Of a stretch of DNA of 64,000 nucleotides, positions 1 to 14,229 are shown in pieces. The DNA comes from Selaginella moellendorffii. Lineage: Eukaryota; Plantae; Lycopodiophyta. The stretch covers positions 1 to 64,000 of the forward strand of contig NW_003314437.1 in the NCBI RefSeq assembly GCF_000143415.4. Reading direction: 5' to 3'. Position numbers and translations under genes: made by a program. The notes beneath the pieces are model-generated. The model was given only the letters and a program-made list of their open reading frames with translations, was not told the DNA's origin and made no database searches. How positions within the stretch are numbered: position 1 is the first letter of the stretch; every line of letters starts with the position of its first letter.

Positions 1-495
1 TGCTAATTTCCAGAGCTTTCTCATGGAACCCAAGGAGAGCCTCTTCCCGCAATAGTCCACTTTCTTTTTTTTATTGAAACGACCAAGGAAACAAACAGCC
101 TGTCAAACACACTTGAGGAGAGTACTTACCTCCTAAACCTGATCAGCTGCTGATGGTGAACGTATCACCTGGCTCTTTTCAATCTTGGCATATGCAACTC
201 ACTGTCCTTGGCAAATAAAAAGGTTCTGCAGGATGCTCATCAGTGCTCTGGTATGGAGTGCTGAGCTTGTTGACCACATGCAAACCAGCCAGTTCTCGCC
301 TCTCTAGAATGTTCCTTTTGACAGAAGAATAGTACGCAATGGCCAGCTCAATCCAGGGCATTGGAATTTGAAGACATCGCAGCCAATTCTTGCATTTACA
401 AGAACATACAATGGAGGCTGAAGTGGAATCCAGAAAAGCTTACCTTCCATATACCAACTTATAGCATGGAAGGAGAGTCCCGCAGCCAAGTTGTG

Positions 496-563
<68 letters not shown>

Positions 564-690
564 CAGCTCACAATCTGCCCTAAAACTTTCCTTGATTTGG
601 AACGTCATTAAAAGCGTTGCCACCCCTTTGGCACCTGATCTATGCCGTCTATTTGAAGTTTTTGAATTTGAACCGTTAGATTATAAGGAT
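1..690 (-). mobile_element. Helitron 5'-terminal segment (partial, runs off window start)
   Basis: 500-686, a (GA)n tract followed by gcagctcacaatctg...gaaccgttagattataag, closely matches 14178-14386, the 5' terminal region of the minus-strand Helitron at 7308-14392. Confidence 0.5.
500..559. repeat. (GA)n microsatellite
   Basis: Perfect GA dinucleotide run; a homologous run lies at 14178-14226. Confidence 0.95.
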
Positions 691-1683
691 ATCAAACTCT
701 TTATTTAAAGTTGCTATTTTGGCATCGGCGTCACATATTCCATTTTAAGAATATCCATTTTTACTTATGGTAGATACTATTAATCTGACTGTCCAAATCT
801 GTGACGATTGATATAGACGGCCAAGATGGCAATATGGGAGGTACTGTTTCAATTCTAGATTTGCAACCGCTCCATCGACTGGGAGGGAATGCTTTGCTTA
901 AGTATGCTTTGCAGATTGATATGTAGATGGTACGTTTCATTTATCCNNNNNNNNNNNNNNNNNNNNNNNNNNNNNNNNNNNNNNNNNNNNNNNNNNNNNN
1001 NNNNNNNNNNNNNNNNNNNNNNNNNNNNNNNNNNNNNNNNNNNNNNNNNNNNNNNNNNNNNNNNNNNNNNNNNNNNNNNNNNNNNNNNNNNNNNNNNNNN
1101 NNNNNNNNNNNNNNNNNNNNNNNNNNNNNNNNNNNNNNNNNNNNNNNNNNNNNNNNNNNNNNNNNNNNNNNNNNNNNNNNNNNNNNAAGCCGAAACCTAC
1201 ATTTGTTCCTTATCCAACACCTTTGAGTGAGTTCCTTCGATTTAGACACTAGAAAAAACTGTAACGCGTTCATTTTTGGACAGCTCTGGAAGAAGTCCTG
1301 GGAACGGCACTGGATAACGATCCTAAGCGGCTGAAAGTCCCAGCCTATTACAACGAGGTTGTGTTTGTTTCTCCATTTGCAAAGGTTTGAGAGGCTCACG
1401 GCTTTCTCTGTGTGGCCATAGTTGTGCTCGATGGTCAGCGAGAACAAGCTTGATGCCTTCCAGACTTACGCTGGGAAAAAAATCGCTGGCATCCGCCTGC
1501 GCAGGTGCATTTGACAGATCGACGTGCTCTGCTCGGAAATGCGACGAGGATTGGGAGTGAAAGGCGAAGAGGCTATGGTGGATGGAGCTCACGACAGGGA
1601 CAACGTCTCGGACAACGAGGGGATTCACGTTGTCATCGACGACTAGAATCAAGGTTCTTCACTCTTCTGGTGGGATCGCGCAG

Positions 1684-3220
1684 GGACGTACACCTGGAGC
1701 AAGCCTGTGATGAAAGGAACGCACCCTTCTCCTCGAGACAGCCACAGCTCAATGGCCGTCGGGTATAAGCTCTATGTGTTTGGTGGTACCGATGGAACCA
1801 GCCCGCTCAATCATACTCTTTGTTTTGGATACTGGTAAGCTCCGAGTTGTATCGATTTTTTTTTCTTGTTCTTATCATCCGATGCAGCTACCAACACTTT
1901 GGTGATGTTCCTGCTCCGAGAGAAGGACATAGCGCGTCTCTCATCGGTGACAACCTGTTCATGTTTGGAAGAAGTGGGAAATCCAACGATCCCTCAGAGG
2001 AGGAGTACTACAACGACCTCCATGTTTTGAACACGAGTAATATCCTGTTAACTTTCCTTGTTTTCTTCTAAACTTTTTTTTTTCCCTGTAGATACTTTTG
2101 TCTGGAAGAAGATTTCTACCACTGGAGTCTCGCCTATTTCTCGGGATAGCCATACCTGCTCTTCCTATAAGAACTGTTTCGTTGTCATGGGTGGCGAGGA
2201 CGGTGGTAATGCCTATCTAAACGACGTTCATATTCTGGACACAGGTACATACATTGTGCTGGTTTTAAACTTGCGAATTCATTTGCGTTTCCAGAAACAA
2301 TGGCATGGCAGAGGTAAAGACGACTGGTGCCGAGCTGATGCCAAGAGCCGGGCACACAACAATCAGCCATGGAAAGTATCTTGTCGTGTTTGGAGGATTC
2401 TCCGATGATCGCAAGCTATTCAATGACGTCCATACTCTTGACTTAAGTACGTGCGCTTGTAGGTAGATTTGTTTCCTGTTGGTCTCTCATGGGGCTTTTA
2501 TGTATTTTGTAGCGACTGGTGTTTGGGCGACTTCGAATCCCTCTGGTCCCGGGCCTTCTCCACGTTTCTCCCTTGCAGGAGATTCTGTGAACGCAGAGCG
2601 AGGCATATTATTCTTCTATGGGGGATGTAACGAAGAGCTTGAAGCTCTGGATGACATGTATTTCCTCGACACAGGTTGGCTTCTTCTTTTATTGACATTG
2701 CTGCCATTCTTGACAATATGGTTGCCGTTTTTCTGTGAAGAGATGCTGAGGGAGAAAGATCCATCAGAACCAAAGCTATCCATGCGTAAGGAACTTAAGA
2801 GAAGGCAGCAAGAGTATCGTGCCACGCCATTCATGCTAGACAAGCAACGGGATGCGGACAAGAGCTTGGTTTCATCTCACGGAGGTATCTGTGGAAAACC
2901 TTGGACCTCTCCAATATTTCCCTGTCAAACTCATGCTACAGAGTTTCAAGCTCACGTTCAGCCACTAGGCGAGAAGATGTTCAAGGCTAGAGTAAGCGAC
3001 GTATTCAACTAGAAGCCTCCATCGATGGGAAGCTCTTCCATGGGCTGCTCTTCTCGTACAAGCCTGGCTTTGCTCAGGCAGTGCTATCTTACATGGCGAG
3101 GTTTGTTTCGTTTGATCCTCAGTTACTCTCTAACGCCAGGAAGGAAAACATCACAGAAGGAAACCACAGGACGTCCAAAAGGCCGTAGTAAAGGCCAAAC
3201 CGAGCAGAGAGGAGTCTGAA
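1684..3220 (+). pseudogene. Kelch-repeat (Rab9 effector/Tea1-like beta-propeller) gene fragment, multi-exon, disrupted
   Basis: Kelch blades TWSKPVMKGTHPSPRDSHS...LYVFGG, PAPREGHSASLIGDNLFMFG, PISRDSHTCSSYKNCFVVMGGEDG, PSPRFSLAG...FFYGG separated by short GT-AG introns. Frameshift near 1812 and stop/frameshift at ~3010, ahead of the C-terminal EASIDGKLFHGLLFSY motif. No 5' end seen. Confidence 0.8.
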
Positions 3221-3299
3221 GAAACCATGCATTGTGCGCATCGACGCAGATGACTGCATTTTGCCTCCATTGCAAAACCCTATATTTTTGTACAGCCAG

Positions 3300-3813
3300 A
3301 GCAACTTCTAGATGATGCTTACTACGCCGTGAAGAAATTTGGTTAGAAGGTGCTCACGCGGATCTTATAACCTCTGGTCCCTCGAAAACAGTAGCGTGGT
3401 TAGGATCCGACTGGCCTGTAAGCCTGTCAATTACTTTTTCTTTGGCGTTACGTGAATGGTTTGTCTCAAGGTGGTAGCCGTGAATCCAGTTGGAGGGATC
3501 TGCTCTGCCATGGAGAGAACACCTTCGGGCTGGAGTCATCCCTGGATTCCCGAGGAAAGGATTTCTGCATGGGACGCAGTGGCAGGGTAAGAGAAAACAG
3601 ATGAGAAAACTGAAATGCAGTTCGTGTTTTTGGATTCACAGGTACACATCCTCGGCTGTGTATGCAGCTGCATTAGAGGATTTGGTTGGGTCGCTGACGC
3701 AAGGAAAGTTTGCCGACTTTGTAGTGTTGTCTGAGTCTCATTTTGGACAGGGCACGGGCATTTTTCCTCGAGTGGTTACGTTCATTGGTGGAAATATTGC
3801 CTTCATTTCTTAA
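3300..3813 (+). pseudogene. C-terminal fragment of amidohydrolase-3 (LAF3/YtcJ-like) gene
   Basis: Spliced reading LGSDWPV / VAVNPVGGICSAMERTPSGWSHPWIPEERISAWDAVAG / YTSSAVYAAALEDLVGSLTQGKFADFVVLS matches the family C-terminus. Only the last exons are present. Confidence 0.75.
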
Positions 3814-3859
3814 GGCGTTATTCCATAATTATGTGGTCTTTTAAATATAGCATATTTGC

Positions 3860-4090
3860 AAGAAGATTGGTGAGGAGAAAGCAGCCAGAATCATCAAGCA
3901 GCTGGTAAAGACTTTCAAATAGATTTATTTGAGAGGCGTGGGTCACCAGGATCTCAAGCTCGACAACATTCTTTCCAAGCTAAACATGTGCGAGAAAGTG
4001 GTGATCAGCACCTTTAGGAGATATCACAACAGCGAAGTACATGGCAGCTGAGGTGGTGGAGAACAAGGATTGGAGCTCTACATGGCAGCC
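3860..4090 (+). pseudogene. Ser/Thr protein kinase catalytic-loop fragment
   Basis: GVGHQDLKLDNIL (degenerate HRDLKxxN) at ~3935-3972, with stops/frameshifts on both sides. Confidence 0.55.
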
Positions 4091-4499
4091 TACTCTACTT
4101 TCTTACAGACAAAGCCATGAACTGTTTTTAAAAAAGCCATTTCTGAAGGAATAAGACAACTGTTGTGTATGTACGTGTTTATAGACACACCTTTGAAGCC
4201 ATGAGCTTGGTTTGATTCAGTACATGATATTTGTACATTAACTCAGGGCATAGAAATGATTTCCGTGTTTGATTTTATTTAGTGTTTTGCTCTCTCTCGT
4301 AAAGGTATTAGGTAAAAAACAAAAAAGTCTATATGTCGCTCTAGATCACAATCCTAAAAACGCTTAAAACATTCAAAAGGAAACGTGCAGGCAGAAAACA
4401 GTAAAACAGAAAAAAAGAGTGACTTGCACATACAAGAATCTCTATTCTATTGTGCTATTGCTATGTTTGCTTGAATACAAAACAGAAAAAAAAACCAAA

Positions 4500-7233
4500 A
4501 ATACTTATCAATAAGAAACAGCATCGTTGCATGATGATCTAAACAGAACTAACACCTACCAAAGCTATTCTACTTGCAATAAAAAATCAAATTCAAATAA
4601 AATTTTTAATAAAAAGGTAATAAAAATTTCAAATTCAAATTTAATGATGATTAAAAAATGATCTTATATTCCCCAAAATTTGCATTATTATTTAATTGCA
4701 TTATTGTCCATTTCTCTGGAGATGAATAGTAGCAAAATTAAGATAAATTTAACATTGTTTACAAGCATAATTTCTGACATTGTAAAATTAGAAAAGAAGA
4801 TCTATTTCTCTTGGGTATGGTATATCTCTCAGTAGATATTTCAACATACTCTTTGTTCTATAGAATGAAACCTTTACAGAACAAAGAGTATTTGATTAAT
4901 TTGATACTACATTATTAAAATTAAACATAAGTTTGTAGTACAAAGATGGTACAATAGAATGACTATAGAAAATAATATATTTCGATCAAATATAGAAATA
5001 TGATAGAAAATAACTTCTATTCAATGCTATTTTCCTCTTCTATTCAATAGAAGAGTTGAATAGCTCCAGCTATTACAGCTCCTCAAAAACATTGTTATAA
5101 TGCAATAATATTGAATAAAAATAATTGAAACATAGAGATAATAATCTTAATTCATATTAGCATTATCTTAATATAAAACTATATACAGAAATAATGATAA
5201 TGACATATAATATATAATTTTAACTTTTCATTAGTTACTCTTAAAAGTATGAATATAAATACTATGAATGGGGAGGATGTCAAATACAAATATAAAAATA
5301 CTATAAAAATAAAATAACATCCTATGTACTTATAGAGAATTTATTATATGTAATTTTTTGAAAACATAGAATTCAGAAATCATAAAAATATTTTAAAGTA
5401 TAATATGAAGAAAATAGTTTATATAACAATATGATATATTCTAACTTAAAATAGATAACTTAATATTTCTAGCTTCTTCTTCTGTATAATAATTTAGTTT
5501 CTATCAGTAATCTAATGGTACTTATTAATATATAACGGAAATTAAATACATTTAGTTGTCATGCCTAAGATATATTCTAAGATTTATTTCATTCATCATC
5601 AATTGAAACTTACATATATGAAATGTATCGATATACCATTCATGACTTTTCTGATATATTATTGTTCTAGAATAAAGAAAAGAGTTGTAAATAATCGAAT
5701 CCNNNNNNNNNNNNNNNNNNNNNNNNNNNNNNNNNNNNNNNNNNNNNNNNNNNNNNNNNNNNNNNNNNNNNNNNNNNNNNNNNNNNNNNNNNNNNNNNNN
5801 NNNNNNNNNNNNNNNNNNNNNNNNNNNNNNNNNNNNNNNNNNNNNNNNNNNNNNNNNNNNNNNNNNNNNNNNNNNNNNNNNNNNNNNNNNNNNNNNNNNN
5901 NNNNNNNNNNNNNNNNNNNNNNNNNNNNNNNNNNNNNNNNNNNNNNNNNNNNNNNNNNNNNNNNNNNNNNNNNNNNNNNNNNNNNNNNNNNNNNNNNNNN
6001 NNNNNNNNNNNNNNNNNNNNNNNNNNNNNNNNNNNNNNNNNNNNNNNNNNNNNNNNNNNNNNNNNNNNNNNNNNNNNNNNNNNNNNNNNNNNNNNNNNNN
6101 NNNNNNNNNNNNNNNNNNNNNNNNNNNNNNNNNNNNNNNNNNNNNNNNNNNNNNNNNNNNNNNNNNNNNNNNNNNNNNNNNNNNNNNNNNNNNNNNNNNN
6201 NNNNNNNNNNNNNNNNNNNNNNNNNNNNNNNNNNNNNNNNNNNNNNNNNNNNNNNNNNNNNNNNNNNNNNNNNNNNNNNNNNNNNNNNNNNNNNNNNNNN
6301 NNNNNNNNNNNNNNNNNNNNNNNNNNNNNNNNNNNNNNNNNNNATTATCTTTGGATGAATATAAAAGAGAATATTAGTTTGCTCTGGAATCTAGAATCTA
6401 AACCATTCAGCTTATGAGGTTTAATATAAATGTGGTAGCAAGCTAGATAGATATTTATGTATGTTTAAAAATGTAAAACCAGACACATAATAGAAATTCT
6501 ATTATTCTTTAGTAAACTATGAATGTTAGAGGCATTATTATAGTTCAGATAAAAAGAATTTAACTCAGTATGCAGTTAAAATTATAATTTCTCAAACTAA
6601 CCTATTAATTTTTTGGTAGTCTATGATTCTTTGGTTTTGTGAAAACTCAATTGCTTTTCAAGCATGGCAGCAATTCTGTAGATTTGTTTAGGGTTGTGCA
6701 CCATGTTATAAAGGTAATAAAAACATCAAATTTAAATTTAATGATGATAAAAAATGATCTTATCTTCCCCAACACTTGCATTATTATCTTTTTGAATTAT
6801 TGTGCATTTCCCTTGAGATGAATAGTAGAAAATTTTAGATAAATCTAACTTTATATACAAGAAAAATTTCTAAAACTGTAAAACTAGAAAAACAAGATTT
6901 ATCTATCTTGGGTATGCTATACCTCCCAGAGATAAATTATATCAAGATCTAAAATCAAGCTTTGAATATGAGAGCTTCTCGAGTGAGAGTCTCAAAATAG
7001 GGGGAATAATATATGTTAGTCATCATTTCTATTGTCACTTGAATATTCACAACAATGAAATTATAACTAAATTTTTTATTGAGAATTCATCTATGATTTC
7101 TGATTTATCATTTATCTGATAATAAATTATAATGCATCTGATAAATTTAACCTTGTATACAATAAAATTAGAAAAGAAGAACTATTTATCTTGGGTATGC
7201 TATATCTCCCAGCGGAGCTGGGGTCTCTGCTAG
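4500..7233 (+). mobile_element. Helitron 3' region (plus strand)
   Basis: Ends with hairpin CCCAGC-GGA-GCTGGG (7208-7222), then CTAG (7230-7233), then T. The AT-rich body is homologous in reverse complement to 14466-15050. Confidence 0.7.
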
Positions 7234-10200
7234 TTCAGAAATAATATTCTAAAAATGGAATAAAAGACGCCAGATGCCATATGCCATATGCCAATAGCAC
7301 GTTTAAACTAGCAGGGATCCCAGCTCCACTGGGAGTAATAGAGAATATTTTCAATTTGTAAAAATGTAATTGTAATTGTAATTGTTCAATCTATTTCTTT
7401 TTTTTTGCTTTCTCTTGGCATGTTTATTTTATAGATTGCTATTGAGACTTACAGCTTTGATTCCAATCTATGTATTCTACAGCTTTACCAGGTTTGCAAG
7501 TCCTTCATGCCTTTTTAGTCATTTTTTTCCTGCACTAACTGGTTTTTCTCATGACCAGTTTAAGCCACAAAATCACGAACATCATGCAGCAATGGTAGTA
7601 GTGACGGTTTGGTGACTCTTCTATAAAAATTCTTAAGCACAATTCTCAGGAATGGAGCTCTACCTCAGTTTCACAGAAATTTCTCAATGAAAAAAGTAGC
7701 ACTACTGGAAAACTTTATAAACTAAATGATGAGGAATCGAGTGAGCACGTCAAGGAAAAGACTACACATACATCAAGTGGTCATCATGTAGAGAGCAATA
7801 AGAGCAGCAGGAGATTGGATTGGTGCTGTGTAGCATTTAAAAGGCTGCAAAACAGAGGTGAGGCACCAGACACCAAGAAAAAGAAAAAGAAACGAAAAAA
7901 TGATCAAAAGAATCATTGAACAAGAGCAAGGTAAGCCAGAAACTTGCTTAGAAATCTCAGCTGGCATGAACAACAAAGTTCCTTACCTTGTTACTACTAC
8001 CAGTTGCTATTGAGACTTACAACTTTGATTCTAAGCAGTGTCTTTTACAGCTTTTGTTTTTTCCCACGACCAGATTGAGCAAGAAAATCACAAACATCAT
8101 GCAGCGACAAGTTGGTGACCCTTGTGCGGAAATCCACATTTGCAGCTAAGTTCTTAAGTGTTGTGTCATAACTCTCAGGAATGGAGCTCTACCTCGGCTG
8201 CATTCAAAACTAAAGAATGAAATCAGCAAATGTGATGACAGATGATGTACCTGCTGACAAATCTAGCAGATGGTGTCCTCTTTTGTGTTGCACCAGTGCT
8301 ACACACACTTTTGATGAGCATACTACCAAACACAAAAGAGAGAAAAAAATGAGAAAGAGCCAGAAACTCGCTTAGAATTCTCAGACGACACAAAGAACAA
8401 AGTCCCTACCTTCAACCTGCCGCAACAAGAGCACGGAATTTCGGGATTCCCAGCCTCATCCTTTGCATGCTAGATTCTACTTTATCCCTGCTGGGATTTT
8501 AGCGATGGTGGCTTTGCAAAGTGATCCTTGTGATGGTGGTGATGCTGTTGAACATGAACAAACTGGTTTTGGATCAGCAGCAATGAGCTGGTTCCATTCT
8601 GATGGAAATGGGATTCACCCAAACCAACACCAAGTCTCTTGATGTCCGTGTGTGGAGAGCAAAGAACACAACCAGCATGTCTTTGATTCCATGGCAGCCA
8701 GGAGCATTGTGCCAAGGAACTTACAGCCAGGTAGGAGATATCAAACAAGGAAAACTCTAACTCAAGAAACTTGGCCATGCTCAGCAAGGGATGTGCAATT
8801 CTCACAGTCAACTTGGATGCATAACTCAATGCAATCTCGACAACATCAAATGAGTTATATTAATTTTAAGATGGATGCTATTAAAAAACTAATCTTGAAG
8901 ACTAAAAATGATTTCAAAAATTATTCTTAATTATAAAAATATTAATATTTCGAGATATCCTCAATTATTTCTTTTTTCAGATGTATATAACATAAAATAT
9001 TTCTCTAATTGGCAAAAATAAATTTATTTTTAATATTAATATTAATATGTATTTTAAAAGGAGTAGCAACAACTTTATATTTTATTTCTTGATTCAAATA
9101 CCAAATCCATTATCTGGTTTTTAACTAATAAACTTCTACAAGACTAATATAAAATTCTTAAATGTGAATAGTCAAATTTGCTACCTGAGATCTGCATACT
9201 ATTAAACCTACTAAGTAAATTTGTCCTAAATGCTAAAACATTTATATTAAACCTCATGACAATAGAGAATGATTCTTGGTATGTAATAGGTATAAGCTAT
9301 CTCATACACATACAAATATCAAATCCATTTCTTAATAATATATTATAAATTAAATAAATATTAATGCACCTATAATAAAGAAAGTACTTTACTAATAGAT
9401 CAAGAGTAATATAAAAGATAACTACTATAAAATTTAAATGATGAAAAAAAAATACTTGAGAAGAAAAAATATAGAATAAGAAGGAATTTTATAGAAATAA
9501 AAATTAAAAATGTTAAAAAGAGTGGTCTAAATGAACAGCTCATGAAAAGAGATTCAGGTTATAAAGTAGTAGAAAAACTCCCTATTAAATATATAGATTG
9601 TTAAGAATAAAGTTGAAAATAATAAACTATTCTTCATCAGGATTATAATTAGGTGATATCATGCTAGAAGTTATGATTATAAAAGCTTATGGAAGTTATG
9701 ACTTCAAAAGCTTTAACAAAGTTTGAAATTTGCAATAATTTTATTCAATATTATCTCTAGCCAATGGATTTGAAATCATATAAAACTAACAATTTAGAAA
9801 ATTTCATTTCAAATATAAAATTAATTTTTAAAAAAAGAAATTATATAAATCAGAACATGATTATAAAAAAACATAGATTGTAAAAATATTAATATTTTTT
9901 TTATAAATTTAGATGTAGCACAAAAATAATAATATTATTATTTTTGTTTATGGTACCATATTTAATATAGTATAATAACATTATCAATGCTGGGAGCAAT
10001 GAAAATTAGTGACTAAAGTCTCAGCTACACTAGGAGCATTGTGTTTATTCCTGATATTTTAGTTATTTCAAAGAGTTGTAATTATAATTGAAATTTTTAA
10101 CATGATCATAATGATAACATACATAGTTAATCATAATATAATCTTTATATTAAAAATCCCTTCTACAATTGACTCTATCACCAATACACATCAGAACATA

Positions 10201-10965
10201 ATGAATAAAACTAATAACACTATATGACATTTAAAAATCTGATTGTTGAGTGAAGTCTTGGATCTTCTATAAATGGAATTGCCCACTATGGAATCCCATG
10301 GCCAGATGAGTCATTTAGAGTTGTAGATTTGGTAACTAACTTTTTCTTTGTTTTGAAAACTATATAATTAATAAAATACATTATCACTTGTTGATTCATT
10401 CAACTCTAGAAATTTTCTGCTTAATAAAGTGTTACTTTAAGTACACTAAAATATAATAATGTTAAAAAATATAGATTTAAAACTCACTTAAACTACACAT
10501 ATAAAAATTGTTATGGAGTTTAGTAGTTAAATTATTATATTACATATCATTAACATTAATTCTGTATATGTTTTTATATAGAGAAAATGCTTATTCATTC
10601 ATTCAACACTCATATTTTAAGTTATGAACTATATCATTTTTTACACTACTTTATTTAATTTTTAACCTTATAATATATATATATTATTGTATCTACTATA
10701 TATGATCTTTGTACAACAAAATTATGTTTAATTTTACTATCAAATCAATCAAATACTCTTTGTTCTATAAAGGTTTAATTCTATAGATCAAAAAGTATGC
10801 TAAAATATCTGCTAGGAGATATAGCAGGCCAAAGACAAATAGATTTTCTCTTGTAATTTTACAATGTTAGAAATTTTATTGTATACAAGGTTCCTCACCT
10901 GAGCACAAACTGAGAAAGGTTTTATCATCAAAATTGTGATAATATTGTCATCCAGTTTATGAGGT

Positions 10966-11470
10966 TTATAATGTGTTCATATGAAGCTCATCTTTCACAT
11001 CTTTTAGCATTTTAAATGCCTTTGCATATGGATTAATTTCTTGTAATAAAGCATCTAATTCATTCATCAATCCTGTGTCACACTTACTGTTATATTTATT
11101 TTTCATTCTTGTTTCTGTAGCTTCTAGTGTGTCTAAAATATAAAGCTGAGAATATTTTGCATCATGACCTTGCTTAGGACGAAAACTGGCAATTGAATGG
11201 TATACTTGTCCATGAATTTTGAAATAATATGGTCCATTGCCAATCATTTCATCAATATTTGCCCCCATAGATGCAAATGCCTATAATTTCGAATTAATTC
11301 TTTAAATTTTCCTCGTTGGTCTGTTTCATCTAATAATTTATGAATCAGTTCAGGGAACTCAATTTGTTTTCCTATAGACACACGTCCACCATGACAGCAT
11401 TATGATTGTGTTTTTGTAGCAAAAAGAAAAACTTTACAATAATCACAATGTTTATCCATGAGTTCAATAT
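10966..11470 (-). pseudogene. Helitron RepHel N-terminal remnant
   Basis: CDYC...CCHGGRV zinc-finger-like segment, then AFASMGANID...GPYYFKIHGQVYH...YSQLYILDT...LLQEINPYAKAFK, typical of the Helitron Rep N-terminal region. Stops, frameshift and truncation present. Confidence 0.85.
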
Positions 11471-12336
11471 AATCTGCTTTACATTTACCGTCTATGCAAG
11501 AATCCTAAATGTTTAGTGTTTTCCATGCTTTCTGTTCCATTTCTAGGATTTACTTCATTAACAGGTAGGGTAACAAATTCAACAGTGTTTATAGAAGTGT
11601 TTTCTATGGATATCAATCTTGGAATTGTTGGGGGTTTTTCAAAGGATACCAGGTTTCTCACACTTCCATCCATGCTTTTTATTCATATATAGAGATGAAT
11701 TCAAGCTTGCTGAACTTCTTTTTATTATACAGCTTTCATGTAAAATTAGATCACATGTTTTCCTCTTTCTTTTGCCACCCATTGATTTATAGGAGATTTT
11801 ACAATCTCTTTTAGAAATAGAAGCTTAGACAGTGTGTACAGGCTATAGATGGTGAAAATAAGTAAATAGACAAATAGCCAGACCACAAGAAAATAGAAGC
11901 ACACTGAATGTTTAGGACTTTTTAATTATCTCTCAGAGAAACACAGAAACAAAATTACCTCTTGACAAATGCATAAGGCAACCTAATTGTGTAGTCCTTT
12001 TTTCTATGATTTGAAACAGTTTTTCTTAACCTATGTGTCTATTTAGTTACACTCTCAAAAAGCCTTTGACAGTAAAGAGGTTTACCACAGCTTTTTAAGG
12101 TAATATTGTGACATTGTAATAATCTTATCTAATATTGTGATAAGTGATCAGAGGAAATAACATCCCCTTCAACCACGACATCAGAAATGTGAACTTTGCA
12201 ATTTGTTTGATTCTAACATACAGTTGCCATCATAGTCCCATAAACTAAATATGCCTAGAGGCAATGTGATCCCAGAGCCAGCCAACACAGATCCTAGGCT
12301 CTGCCCTTGATGCTCATGGAAAAAACTCAGTTAAAA

Positions 12337-12710
12337 CTGGATCTTACAAGTACAAAACAAAACAAAGAAAAATGCTACCTGTACACTGGTTTGGAGAGCT
12401 TGATCAACGTATTTTAGTGGTTGTTTCTCCATTTGAAGAGTTCCCTTCAGGATAAAAGTCTATTGCTAAGCAAACATGAGTCGCAATCTGCAAGGAAAAA
12501 GTCAATTTAGAAAGCAAGATCAATCCCCTGGATCTTACAAGTACAAAACAAAAAAAGAGAAAAATGCTACCTGTACACTGGTTTGGAGAGCTTGATCAAC
12601 GAATTTTAGTGGTTGTTTTTCCATTTGAAGAGTTCCCCTGCAGGATAAAAGTCTATTGCTAAGCAAACATGAGTCGCAATCTGCAAGGAAAAAGTCAATT
12701 TAGAAAGCAA
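12337..12710. repeat. ~190-bp tandem duplication inside Helitron
   Basis: ctggatcttacaagtacaaaac...gtcaatttagaaagcaa occurs at ~12337 and ~12528. Confidence 0.9.
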
Positions 12711-12776
12711 ATCTTTCTTTCAGCACATGCGCAATTAACCTGTTCAAAAGATGCAGGAACCTTTCAACTCTACTAA

Positions 12777-14030
12777 ATGTACACTTGCATCACAAAAAGG
12801 CTTTTTATAAGAAACGAGTATGAAAAAACTCACCTTCCTGTGTCACCAAAACCAAGAGATTTAACAGGCCGAAAATGGTGGAGTCAGTTTCTCACCACTA
12901 GTTTGAATCTGCATTTAAAACAAGCAAGAAAACTGGAGAAGTCATCAGACTAAACATGAGCTCATGAATCTTTCTAATAGCATCCCAAGAGTTTAGATAA
13001 ACGACTTTAGAGTGTTTAGCCCAAAGGTCATTGGCACGAGCAAAAGAAAAAAAAATCTTGAACTCCCTCTGTTACGCGCTCCTGCACAACAAGAATCAAG
13101 TTAGCCACAGAGATCAAGAGAAATGAGAGATCATCTTAAAACCTAGATCCATATGCACGCTGGGAATCTTGTTGCAAGCCCTTGGCGTGACAGGATGAGA
13201 GATCCAGGAGCACCAGGTAGTCTCTTCGTTGCTTGATCATATATGAGCTGCCCAAGCATGGACTCCTTGTTGTACATAATAAGAGGCAGTAAAATATGCA
13301 CATGTAAAGAAGCACTGAGAATATGCATACATCTGAACCAGGTCTGCAGCTGCATCATGTCTTGATAACACTGTCACCTCCAAACCTCGCAGCATATCTC
13401 TGGCCTAAAGAAATCGTCAACAAGAACAACACAAGAAAGAGAAAACATACCATAAAATTCGCAGTCTCTTGATCTTCCAAAGTCATATCAAACAATGACA
13501 TGACCACTGAGTGGGTATAAATATTTTTCCTTTGACAAGGCTGTATGACACACACAACATGGCGAACAGGAGGGATTGTACACTTGCATCACAAAAAGGC
13601 TTTTTAATCCCATAAATAAGAAACGACTATGAAAAAACTTGCCTCCCTGTGTCACCAAAATCAAGAGATTTGACAGGCTGAAAATGGTGGAGTCAGTTTC
13701 TCGCCATTAATTTGAATCTGCATTTAAAACAAACAAGAAAACTGGAGAAGTCATCAGACTAAACATAGGCTTATGAACCTTTCTAATAGCATCCCGAGAG
13801 TTTAGATAAACGACTTTAGAGTGTTTAGCCCAAAGGTCGTTGGTTGTCTAGACACGAATAAAAGAAAAAAAATCTTGAACTCCCAAACAGCCCTCTGTTA
13901 CTTGCTCCTGCGCAACAAAAACCAAGTTAGCCTCAGAGATCAAGAGAAATGAGAGATCAGCCATACGCACACTTGGAATCTTGTCGCAAGCCCTTGGCAT
14001 GACAGGGTGAGAAATCCGGGAGCATCAGCC
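12777..14030. repeat. ~430-bp dispersed direct repeat pair (12777-13215 / 13578-14025)
   Basis: tgtacacttgcatcacaaaaaggc...gcaagcccttggc occurs twice with scattered differences. Confidence 0.85.
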
Positions 14031-14173
14031 AGTCGGGAAGTCGTCATGGAGCTGGAGATCGTGTTCTTCAGACTGTCCGCCATTGACCTGTGCATCTGTT
14101 GCGAATGGCGATGAACAATCAACGATCCAGCCTTCTGCAAAGGGTACGCACACTCCTGCTGCTGCGTTCACCG

Positions 14174-14229
<56 letters not shown>

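Noticed and set aside
361-708. ERERER ORFs (also 14083-14298)
   Set aside because: Translation of the (GA)n microsatellite.
889-1447. ORFs spanning N runs (also 5561-6358, 46418-46846, 48911-49135)
   Set aside because: Assembly gaps, not coding evidence.
1230-1660. Additional gene fragment upstream of the kelch exons
   Set aside because: GC-rich and exon-like, but no family could be recognised.
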